Source: a virus. Taken from it: a DNA stretch of 64,000 nt. The translations under genes and the position numbers were made by a program. The notes under the pieces are model-generated. The model did not search any database. It saw only the letters and a list, made by a program, of their open reading frames with translations, and had not been told where the DNA came from. The stretch lies in IMG/VR virus record IMGVR_UViG_3300045988_144476. One strand, written 5' to 3'. Below, piece after piece: positions 17,540 through 25,204 of this stretch; the stretch's first letter is position 1; every line of letters starts with the position of its first letter.

Positions 17540-18019
17540 ATGAAGAATAGAGAGAAATTCGCTAAAGAAATTTTGGATATTGCTTGTAGTGGTAGGAGTA
17601 TAGCAGTAACAAAAGAAAATAAAATCGTTTATTGTAGTGATATATTATGTAAATCATGCATGTTTGATAGTTGTGGTAAATATATTGGACGTTCACAGGC
17701 ATGCCTCGATCGATTACGTGAATGGTCTGAATCAGAATACGTAGAAAAACCTACGATCACATCAAAAGAAAAGGCATTTCTTGGTTTGATTTTATCTAAA
17801 TGGAAATATTTAGCAAGAAGTGAAGATAAAAGTTTATGTGCTTTTGATTCACTACCAATTAAAAGAAAAGATGGTTGGTATATCGAAAATATATCAATGT
17901 GTGATAATTGTTATATTTCTAAAAAACTATTTGGTGATATGTTTGATTTCATAAAATGGGAAGATGAAAAACCTTGGAGTATTGAAGATTTGAAGAGATT
18001 AGATGTGAAAAATGAATAA
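17540..18019 (+). CDS. Cys-rich hypothetical protein (159 aa)
   Basis: ORF with GAGG RBS. Several CxxC-like pairs. Confidence 0.6.
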   Translation: MKNREKFAKEILDIACSGRSIAVTKENKIVYCSDILCKSCMFDSCGKYIGRSQACLDRLREWSESEYVEKPTITSKEKAFLGLILSKWKYLARSEDKSLCAFDSLPIKRKDGWYIENISMCDNCYISKKLFGDMFDFIKWEDEKPWSIEDLKRLDVKNE

Positions 18020-18048
18020 ATAGTAAGAACGAAAGTAGAGAATAACAG

Positions 18049-18279
18049 ATGAAAGTACAGATTGAAACAGGAGAACAGGCCAGAAAGTTAGTAACTTTAG
18101 CCTGCAATAAGAAGTATGCGGATTATGATGTTGATTGTTCATATGGTAGATATATCATTGATATGAAGTCTATTATGGGAATGCTATCACTTGCATGGCC
18201 CAAAGAAGTTGATATTGAGATTCATGCTGATCAGGATATCCAGGATGAGTTTTATAAGGATGTGAGTGATATTGTGTGA
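18049..18279 (+). CDS. HPr-family protein, Crh-like (no catalytic His)
   Basis: 76 aa. TGEQARKLV aligns to HPr GIHARPA and Crh GLQARPA. MKSIMGMLSLA aligns to the Ser46 region LKSIMGVMSLG. Confidence 0.65.
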   Translation: MKVQIETGEQARKLVTLACNKKYADYDVDCSYGRYIIDMKSIMGMLSLAWPKEVDIEIHADQDIQDEFYKDVSDIV

Positions 18280-18478
18280 TAGAACGGAATTATTACAGAA
18301 TACTTATTTAACACCAAAAGACATTCAAGAACATTTACAGATTGGTAGAGATAAAGCTTATGCCTTATGTGCATTAAAAGGTTTTCCAGCAATTAAAATA
18401 GGTTCATCTTACAGAGTAGATCCGATTAAGTATAATGCCTGGCTGGACAAACAGTCAGGAACACATATATATATATAA
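18266..18478 (+). CDS. Excisionase-like helix-turn-helix DNA-binding protein
   Basis: 70 aa. GTG start 5 nt after AAGGA. LTPKDIQEHLQIGRDKAYAL...IKIGSSYRV resembles excisionase/MerR-type HTH. Convergent with int. Confidence 0.6.
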   Translation: MILCDRTELLQNTYLTPKDIQEHLQIGRDKAYALCALKGFPAIKIGSSYRVDPIKYNAWLDKQSGTHIYI

Positions 18479-18480
18479 GA

Positions 18481-18511
18481 AGAAGCAGAGTTAATCCTCT
18501 GCTTCTTTTTT
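18481..18511. terminator. Bidirectional hairpin between the xis-like gene and int
   Basis: agaagcagag-ttaatc-ctctgcttct followed by ttttt. The stem overlaps the last int codons. Confidence 0.55.
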
Positions 18512-19660
18512 GTTATTATTAAAAATTGAAATTGCATTTGATTTCTGCTCAGGAATAATATGGATGTATATATTATATGTAGTTTGTATATCTTTATGCC
18601 CCATAAGCTCACTGACAACTTTTATATCTACTCCATTACGAATAAGCTCTGATCCGAAACTATGCCTTAAATCATGCGCTGTAGCAGCTTTATTTGAGCA
18701 ATCACCAATTTCAAGAAGATTAGCGAGAGTCCGGTTTACATTACGTCTTTGTATAGGTGTGCCAACGGTACTTACAAATACAAGATCGTTATCAGAATGA
18801 GGATAGTTGTTATAGAAAAACATTACAATATCATATGCTATATCTGATAATGGTACATAACGCTGGCTAGATTTTCTCTTAGGAGTTGTATGGTCCAGAA
18901 TATACTTGTTGCCACTTTTATTACGATTTTTTATCTCTGGAGCATTTTCCGTAATAAATATAGTACGGTCTTTAAGATTTACGTTTTTCCACTTAAGAGC
19001 AATAAGTTCACTGATTCTCAGACCAGTGTGAAGTAAGAAGACAATTACTTTGGAATTGTTTCCATATTTATAGTATTCTTTTGTTTTCATCTTCATGTCA
19101 GCAAAATTCTCTAGTTTCTTACGATCTTCTGTGGTTAAGAATATCGGCTCTCGTGTTTTCTTTGTAACTTGCTCTTCAATAGGAAGCTTTACTTCTTCAA
19201 GAGGATTATTGAGAATATATTTCTTACGCTTTGCAAAATTGAATATCTGATTAAGAAGGGCTTTGTTCTTACGAATACTGTTCATCGGGAGCCATTCAGC
19301 CCAGTTATCAATATAAGACTGAACATGTTCATCTGTAATTGTATGCATCTGCATTGTGTTAATAGTATATCCATTGTCATACTTAAGAACATTCTGTACA
19401 AAATACTCATAGCCATCATAAGTAGTATTCTTGACTTGCTTCTTTTTAGATTTCAGCCATTCTTCAGCCACATCATCTAAAGTCTTTTGTTCTTTTGGTA
19501 GTTCTTTATTCTCATCTTTCCATTTCATGTATTTTAGCTTTGCAGCTTTCTCAGTTTTACCGTAAAAATCTTTTCCTTCAGGGGATCTGAATCTCTTGTA
19601 AGTAATACCATTAATCTTTTTTGTTCCCCATGAGCCTTCACCATTACGTCTTTTTGCCAT
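18491..19660 (-). CDS. int: Tyrosine site-specific integrase
   Basis: 389 aa. Carries TGLRISE (Arg I), HDLRHSFGSELIRNG (HxxR), LMGH and a terminal Tyr in YIHI. N-terminal SAM-like domain. Confidence 0.92.
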   Translation of the reverse strand: MAKRRNGEGSWGTKKINGITYKRFRSPEGKDFYGKTEKAAKLKYMKWKDENKELPKEQKTLDDVAEEWLKSKKKQVKNTTYDGYEYFVQNVLKYDNGYTINTMQMHTITDEHVQSYIDNWAEWLPMNSIRKNKALLNQIFNFAKRKKYILNNPLEEVKLPIEEQVTKKTREPIFLTTEDRKKLENFADMKMKTKEYYKYGNNSKVIVFLLHTGLRISELIALKWKNVNLKDRTIFITENAPEIKNRNKSGNKYILDHTTPKRKSSQRYVPLSDIAYDIVMFFYNNYPHSDNDLVFVSTVGTPIQRRNVNRTLANLLEIGDCSNKAATAHDLRHSFGSELIRNGVDIKVVSELMGHKDIQTTYNIYIHIIPEQKSNAISIFNNNKKEAED

Positions 19661-19723
19661 AATAATACCTCCCTGAGTTGTTGGTTAATCAGTATCAACT
19701 TAGTTCTAAAATTACTTACCCTT

Positions 19724-19749
19724 AAATTTACCATAATTTTACCATAACT
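19724..19749. repeat. Arm-type repeat copy 1 (2 x TTACCATAA)
   Basis: aaatttaccataattttaccataact recurs at 19987-20013 with one extra t. Confidence 0.5.
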
Positions 19750-19824
19750 AGAATCGAAAAACAAGAATAAATCAGGTCAAATCAGAACGAATGTTTGTGG
19801 TATTTTTCAACACTTTTTGCAACA

Positions 19825-19869
19825 AAAAAGCCCTGAAACCCGCATAAATAGGGGATTTCAAGGCTTTTT
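19825..19869. terminator. Bidirectional hairpin upstream of int
   Basis: aaaaagccctgaaa...tttcaaggcttttt, with A-run and T-run flanks and one C/A mismatch. Confidence 0.5.
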
Positions 19870-19886
19870 AGAGTTAAAAAAAAGAA

Positions 19887-19948
19887 AGCTGAAAATGGGA
19901 CTCGAACCCACGACCCCTTCATTACGAGATATAGAATCGCATATCTGG
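19887..19948 (-). other. tRNA 3'-half-like fragment (T arm + 3' acceptor strand); candidate attP core
   Basis: - strand GTGGG-TTCGAGT-CCCAT then TTTCAGC. No matching 5' acceptor strand (GCTGAAA) upstream, and the anticodon-like stem has an 8-nt loop. Confidence 0.5.
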
Positions 19949-19986
19949 AAAGTCTTAAAATATAAGTAAAAATCAATGTTCATAAA

Positions 19987-20013
19987 AAATTTACCATAAT
20001 TTTTACCATAACT
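19987..20013. repeat. Arm-type repeat copy 2 (2 x TTACCATAA)
   Basis: aaatttaccataatttttaccataact, a direct repeat of 19724-19749 on the other side of the tRNA-like fragment. Confidence 0.5.
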
Positions 20014-20208
20014 GAAACTTTAAAATTTAGGCAAGAAGTTTGATTATGCTTCTTGCCTTTTTCAAATGTGGTATTTTATGAAAACTAAAATAGCACAGGA
20101 TAGATTGGAGATGCCAGAATCCTGTGCTAGTTTGTAATTAGGTTGTTGTCGATCATTACAACAATATAATTATTACATCTTTAATTGCTAATGTCAACAT
20201 AAAAAGTG

Positions 20209-20240
20209 AAAAAAGGGATACCACTATTAAGTGATATCCC
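20209..20240 (-). terminator. Intrinsic terminator of the late (- strand) operon
   Basis: - strand stem gggatatcac/gtggtatccc (9 of 10 bp) followed by UUUUUU, downstream of the holin stop. Confidence 0.55.
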
Positions 20241-20375
20241 TAATTATTAACTGTATAAGTTAATGAGTATCATTTGTATATACAGCCTCTCTACGAAGCG
20301 TATATTGGCCTAGAATTAATTCTAATGTGCTTACCCTAAGAAGTACACACTAAATAGTATAAAGTCGATTCTGGC

Positions 20376-20645
20376 TCAAATTTCATCCTTCTTAGGCTCT
20401 GTATATCCAAGTGCTTGCTTACTATCAGTAATACCGTCAGTTGTCGGGTCAGTTACAACACCAAGAATTGTCAGTACTGCAAATACAGCATTAACAACAG
20501 CTAAAAGCTTGTTGCCCATATCACCCAGATCAATAGTAATTCCGAATACAGCAGCCACAACCTGAATCAGTAGTAGCACTGCTGGAATGAGTGCAATCCA
20601 GAATGCTTTATTTTTAATTCTTACAGTCCAGTTAATATTTCTCAT
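20376..20645 (-). CDS. Holin (phiLC3/LL-H-like)
   Basis: Track ORF trimmed to ATG 20645 (AAGGAGG RBS). MRNINWTVRIKNKAFWIALIPAVLLLIQ...VVTDPTTDGITDS is typical of this holin family. Two TM segments. Confidence 0.82.
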   Translation of the reverse strand: MRNINWTVRIKNKAFWIALIPAVLLLIQVVAAVFGITIDLGDMGNKLLAVVNAVFAVLTILGVVTDPTTDGITDSKQALGYTEPKKDEI

Positions 20646-20646
20646 A

Positions 20647-21252
20647 TTAAATTCCTCCTTTTTGTGAATAGATACTTCCGTCAGGATAATGAATTTCCAG
20701 AGATTCAACTTCTGGAAGGAGTTTCTCATGGTAGACATCATTTCCTCCACTAGCTTCATAAAGTTTACCCATTTCCATAAATGTCTTTAATCCGTCCGGA
20801 GTAACATATCCTTGATTTGTAAAATCTTTATGCATACGCCATAATGAACTTCTAAATGAAGCAACGGTACGATCATTTTGTGTATCAATAAACGAACTCA
20901 TCATTTGAGATAAATCCGATATTTGAGTACTTAATCCTTCTTGATTTTTCTTTAGTTCATTTCTAATCTGAATACTTTGTTCATGATAGCCTTTCTGTTT
21001 TTGGTATAGCTTATCATCACGATTATCCAATTCTTTGGTCAAATCTTTAACCGCTTGTTCAAGGGTTTCAATACGTTTTTCTTGTGCTTTTTTATATAGA
21101 CTTGATTTGGTTTCAATACCCCAAATCTCTATCAGTTTGTTAATTCCTACTTTACCCAACGTGAACAAGACTACCACATAAATAGCAACTAGAAGTGCAT
21201 TATATTCACCGAAAGCATGTATCTGTTTTATAGCTTCAATACCATCATTCAT
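20647..21252 (-). CDS. Membrane-anchored coiled-coil protein in the lysis cassette
   Basis: 201 aa. One N-terminal TM helix and a long coiled coil. Sits between the endolysin and the holin. Confidence 0.6.
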   Translation of the reverse strand: MNDGIEAIKQIHAFGEYNALLVAIYVVVLFTLGKVGINKLIEIWGIETKSSLYKKAQEKRIETLEQAVKDLTKELDNRDDKLYQKQKGYHEQSIQIRNELKKNQEGLSTQISDLSQMMSSFIDTQNDRTVASFRSSLWRMHKDFTNQGYVTPDGLKTFMEMGKLYEASGGNDVYHEKLLPEVESLEIHYPDGSIYSQKGGI

Positions 21253-21263
21253 AACACACTCCC

Positions 21264-22997
21264 TTAAGCCTTATCAACATGTCCAGAAAAGATATAGCCA
21301 TAGATTTTTCCACCAATACAGATGTAGTACCAATTATTACCAGAAGCAGATTTTATTGTGTCACAAACATCAACAAGATTACCTTTGTTCAGTGTTGGGT
21401 AAGATGTTAATTGAGCATATTTTTTACCTGGATTTTTACGTACAGGCGCATTGTTTTTATTTACTTTACCAACAAATTTGCGAACTTTAGATGGAGCTTT
21501 AGATGCAGTGGCTGTATTTCTTTTGCTCTGAGCAGCAATTACAGCATTAAGTTTTGCAATAGTATTTTTACCTGCAACACCGTCAACTTCGAGTTCTTTT
21601 TTGTATTTTGTCTGGAACGATTTGATAGCTTTTAACGTATTATCACCATAAATTCCATCAACATCAAGCTTATATCCAACCTTGTTAAGCTTAGTCTGAA
21701 GTGTTTTTACAGCATCACCTTTGTCACCAACAGTAAGATAATTCTTTGTATTTGTAGGAGTTGTTGGAATAGAAGTAGAAGAATTTCCAGATACAATAGA
21801 TGTTACAAGAGAGTAGTTAGGAGTACAGAATTTAGTTCCTGGAAGCTTTGAATTGTAATAAGATTTGGCACATACACCACCGCCATTTGCTACAATACCA
21901 GAAGCTCCAGATGTATTTCCTTCGATTGTCCAGAACTGATCACCTTTAACTTTTGTTACTAATCCGGTGTGTGCAAAAGTACCATTTCGGTAGAATATAA
22001 CAATGTCTCCAACTTTCGGATTTGCGTTTTTAGTAAATAGAGTTCCGAGTGTTGGACAATATACATAAGGCCAATGTTTAAGTAATTTCTTAGCCATTGC
22101 AAGACCAAATGTTTTCATGAATATCCACGAAATAAAACATGCACACCATGCCTGTCCCTGATATGCAGGATAAACATCTCTCCAGTATTTTGTATAATTG
22201 TTATATCCAGCATTGGCTGTTTTACTATTTAATTGAGCATTTGATTTTTTCTCAAGATAGCCGATTTCATTTTGAGCTACTTTAATAACAGCATTAATTG
22301 CCTGTTCTTTTGTTATTTTATTTGTCATAGTATTATTTCCTTTATTTGTGTTACTTGAAGTGGAAGAAGTGGTAGAATTACCAGTAGAAATTTTAGAATA
22401 ATCTTTATAGAAGACATTTCTATCGACTTTATTTGGGATTCCAGGAATGGTGCATTGACTTGAGTATTGCCAACCTATAACACCATTAGATGCAGAAACT
22501 CTTAATCTTTCCTGTAAATCGCCTGTATCATTTGCTGGGTATCTTGCAACCCAGCAGTCGTATTTTTTGGCATCTGCCGGAAGTTTATCTTTAAACCAAG
22601 AATAACTGCAATAAATACCAAATTTATATCCTGCTTTAATAACAATATCCTTGAAAACATTGATCATTTTCATCATTAAATCTTTCGGTAGATTCACTTG
22701 ACATTTGTCTTCAATATCTAAGAAAATAGGATACTGTAAAGTTCTTTTATTAAGTGTTTTGATTACAGCATTGGCTTCTGCTTTTATCTGATCAATAGTA
22801 GTAGCATAGCTGTATTTGTAGACTCCAACTGGAATTTTATATTTTATACATCCGGCATAATTGGATTCGAATTTTGAATCAACTTTATTTCCTTTTTCAG
22901 TGATTCTAATAATTGTAAAGCCCATACCATAATCAGAAACTTTCTTCCAGTCAATATTGCCTTGATAAGAGGAAACATCAATACCTTTAATTTCCAT
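21264..22997 (-). CDS. Multidomain endolysin (GH25 muramidase + CHAP + PG_binding_1 + SH3-like)
   Basis: 577 aa. N-terminal GIDVSSYQGNIDW is GH25. AWCACFISW...FAHTGLV is CHAP Cys/His. GDAVKTLQTKLN...DGIYGDNT is a PG-binding repeat. C-terminal NWYYI..GYI is SH3-like. Confidence 0.9.
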   Translation of the reverse strand: MEIKGIDVSSYQGNIDWKKVSDYGMGFTIIRITEKGNKVDSKFESNYAGCIKYKIPVGVYKYSYATTIDQIKAEANAVIKTLNKRTLQYPIFLDIEDKCQVNLPKDLMMKMINVFKDIVIKAGYKFGIYCSYSWFKDKLPADAKKYDCWVARYPANDTGDLQERLRVSASNGVIGWQYSSQCTIPGIPNKVDRNVFYKDYSKISTGNSTTSSTSSNTNKGNNTMTNKITKEQAINAVIKVAQNEIGYLEKKSNAQLNSKTANAGYNNYTKYWRDVYPAYQGQAWCACFISWIFMKTFGLAMAKKLLKHWPYVYCPTLGTLFTKNANPKVGDIVIFYRNGTFAHTGLVTKVKGDQFWTIEGNTSGASGIVANGGGVCAKSYYNSKLPGTKFCTPNYSLVTSIVSGNSSTSIPTTPTNTKNYLTVGDKGDAVKTLQTKLNKVGYKLDVDGIYGDNTLKAIKSFQTKYKKELEVDGVAGKNTIAKLNAVIAAQSKRNTATASKAPSKVRKFVGKVNKNNAPVRKNPGKKYAQLTSYPTLNKGNLVDVCDTIKSASGNNWYYICIGGKIYGYIFSGHVDKA

Positions 22998-23026
22998 ATA
23001 GATCCCTCCTTTTAGATTTGTTTACA

Positions 23027-23055
23027 TTGACAAACATACGTTTGCTTTATATAAT
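23027..23055 (+). promoter_or_regulatory. Consensus sigma70-type promoter for the + strand moron
   Basis: TTGACA-17 nt-TATAAT, an exact consensus, followed by the 15-bp perfect palindrome atagctttaagctat at 23087-23101. Confidence 0.6.
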
Positions 23056-23148
23056 ATTTATAATGAAATTTTGAGATTCGAACTTGATAGCTTTAAGCTA
23101 TAGAAATAGAAGATTAAAAAAGATTAAAAAGTTAGAAAGGTTAGAATT

Positions 23149-23424
23149 ATGATAAATAATACGTACAATTATATCCCCATTCCCGTGATCGCTTCATTTA
23201 ATACTTCCGGAGACTTTATGCCAATTTGGTTTCGTTATAACGACTGCGTATATGACGTAGCAGTAAGCTCACATAAAGAATCCTATGGTTCCAGAACTTT
23301 TGAATGTGAAATTGTAAAAGCATCAAATGAAGATGAAGGAAGTTATATGATTGGAAAGAAAATAGAGATTATATACCATGAAGGTAATCATATTTGGGGA
23401 ATCGTAAAGAATAGTTCTTTATAG
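23149..23424 (+). CDS. Moron-like hypothetical protein (91 aa), opposite to the late genes
   Basis: Only + strand ORF in the lysis/fibre region. Has its own promoter and an AAAGG RBS. Confidence 0.55.
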   Translation: MINNTYNYIPIPVIASFNTSGDFMPIWFRYNDCVYDVAVSSHKESYGSRTFECEIVKASNEDEGSYMIGKKIEIIYHEGNHIWGIVKNSSL

Positions 23425-23425
23425 T

Positions 23426-24115
23426 TCATCCTACACGCATCCACATATAGACATTTAAATATGGAGGCATATTGTTATGAGCAGTTCCTGAACCTGTTGA
23501 ACCGGTAAAACCTGTTATAGTATGAGCATGTGCTCCCTGTGTATCAGTTCTTCCACACCAATCACTCATATAACCAGAATTAGCAGATGGTACACTAGGA
23601 TTTGATGAACCTGTTGTGTTCTTAGCCTCTATTTTTTTTGTTTCAATTTGAATTTGGTGAGTATGACCACCTGCTGAAGCGGCTTGTAAAGTTCCGACGT
23701 CATGGTTATGAGAAGGAATATTACTTGTATTTAAAGCAACAGTACTTGCACCACCTGTACCTCCAATAGCATTTCCTGAATATAGAAAACGATCATTAAT
23801 ACGTTCCCATGTGCCAAATCCAAAATAGTGATTCACTTCATCAGGAGTTGTTAAAGAAGGTGCATTTAACGTATTTCCATTTACTTTTTTATTTGTCCAT
23901 GTAAAAATGTAACCAATTGGTACAAGTTTTTCAGAAATATTCTTTGATACATCGATATTTTTAGTTATTTTATCATTCAGTGCTTTACCCTGGCTTGCAG
24001 CTAATGGAAGTGTATCAGAAGTAGAGTCGAGGTTACTTACACACTTTCCTTCTAAGAATGTATAGAAGTTTTTAAAACTTTGCAATAATTGTTCTTTCAT
24101 AGATGTAATTGCCAT
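23426..24115 (-). CDS. Short tail-fibre tip protein (tail-collar-like domain)
   Basis: 229 aa. LVPIGYIF..W, GGASTVALNTSNIPSHNH, HTH, HAH and NMPPYLNVYMW. Paralogous to the C-terminus of 25205..28165. Confidence 0.7.
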   Translation of the reverse strand: MAITSMKEQLLQSFKNFYTFLEGKCVSNLDSTSDTLPLAASQGKALNDKITKNIDVSKNISEKLVPIGYIFTWTNKKVNGNTLNAPSLTTPDEVNHYFGFGTWERINDRFLYSGNAIGGTGGASTVALNTSNIPSHNHDVGTLQAASAGGHTHQIQIETKKIEAKNTTGSSNPSVPSANSGYMSDWCGRTDTQGAHAHTITGFTGSTGSGTAHNNMPPYLNVYMWMRVG

Positions 24116-24126
24116 TTAATCACCTC

Positions 24127-25113
24127 TTATTCATTTTCTATTTTGTTTTCTTCATTTTCTTTAGTATCAGGATTACTACTTGTAAGAGATTCTAGGAATT
24201 TCTGAATAACTAACTTAGACTGTTCCATGATCATATTATAAGTTTCAAGATATTTACCTGTAAGTTCATTTCCATACAATACAGCTTCAACAGCAAGTTT
24301 ATCATCTAATGACTCAATATACATTTTGAGCTGATTTGTATAAGTCTGATGATGTGTAAGATTTGTCATTTCATTTACGTACAATGTAGTAATTTCTTCA
24401 GGAGTAAACAATCTGCAGTTTTCACCATCTGCATGATATGGCATACTCATCTGAGTAGCTATTGAGAGCTGAAGAGCACTAATAAGATTTGACTGATCCT
24501 CTGGCTTATATGAGAATAATTGCATTTCTCCGTCCACTTCCATATAAGCACCATGAACAATATTAAAATTACAAGCTTTAGAAATTTCTTCTATTTTTGT
24601 ATTCTTGATTTCTTCTAATGTAGGTTCTGCTGGCTTTTCTGGTTCAGATGGAGTAGAAATATCTGGTTCTTCCGGAGCTACATAAATACTTTCATCATTA
24701 CTAAGCCAGAGAGTATTAGTTTCCTCATCTTTTTTATATACTGTATTAAAACTATGATATTCAGCACATACAGTTTCTGATCTTGTAAGAATAAGGATAA
24801 CATTAAAAATAGACATATCTTCAAGGAGAGAAGTCATGTCTACTTTTTCATCAAGTCTTATTGTCATAACATTTCCATATATTGAAATGTCATCAAATTC
24901 ATATTTCTCATCATTTGTGAGCTGAATTTTTTCTTTTGGATTTTGAGATTCAATCTCTTGAGTAGCAGAGAATGGATCTTTATTTGTTTCGTTCTTATCA
25001 ATTGGTCCAGCTGGATCGAGTGGTTCTACAGGTTCTACTTTTTCTTCAGGGATCACTGATTCAGTCTGATCAATTTTATCTTTATCGATTATTCCTGTAT
25101 CTTCGTTATACAT
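24127..25113 (-). CDS. Acidic protein, possible fibre assembly/accessory protein
   Basis: 328 aa. Acidic P/E-rich N-terminus. Placed between the two tip-bearing genes. AAGGAGG RBS. Confidence 0.55.
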   Translation of the reverse strand: MYNEDTGIIDKDKIDQTESVIPEEKVEPVEPLDPAGPIDKNETNKDPFSATQEIESQNPKEKIQLTNDEKYEFDDISIYGNVMTIRLDEKVDMTSLLEDMSIFNVILILTRSETVCAEYHSFNTVYKKDEETNTLWLSNDESIYVAPEEPDISTPSEPEKPAEPTLEEIKNTKIEEISKACNFNIVHGAYMEVDGEMQLFSYKPEDQSNLISALQLSIATQMSMPYHADGENCRLFTPEEITTLYVNEMTNLTHHQTYTNQLKMYIESLDDKLAVEAVLYGNELTGKYLETYNMIMEQSKLVIQKFLESLTSSNPDTKENEENKIENE

Positions 25114-25204
25114 AAAATTCCTCCTTTATGTGGAATTTATTTTAATTTGAGATTCGAATTGAGATATGTTTTAGATGTTTAAGATATGAATTAGGAATTA
25201 AGAA

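Noticed and set aside
19887-19960. A complete tRNA gene
   Set aside because: Only the T arm and 3' acceptor strand are convincing. There is no complementary 5' acceptor strand, and the anticodon-like hairpin has an 8-nt loop. I treat it as a tRNA 3' fragment (attP core).
19782-19976. 64-aa - strand ORF in the attP region
   Set aside because: It spans the terminator hairpin and the tRNA-like fragment, uses a TTG start and has no RBS.
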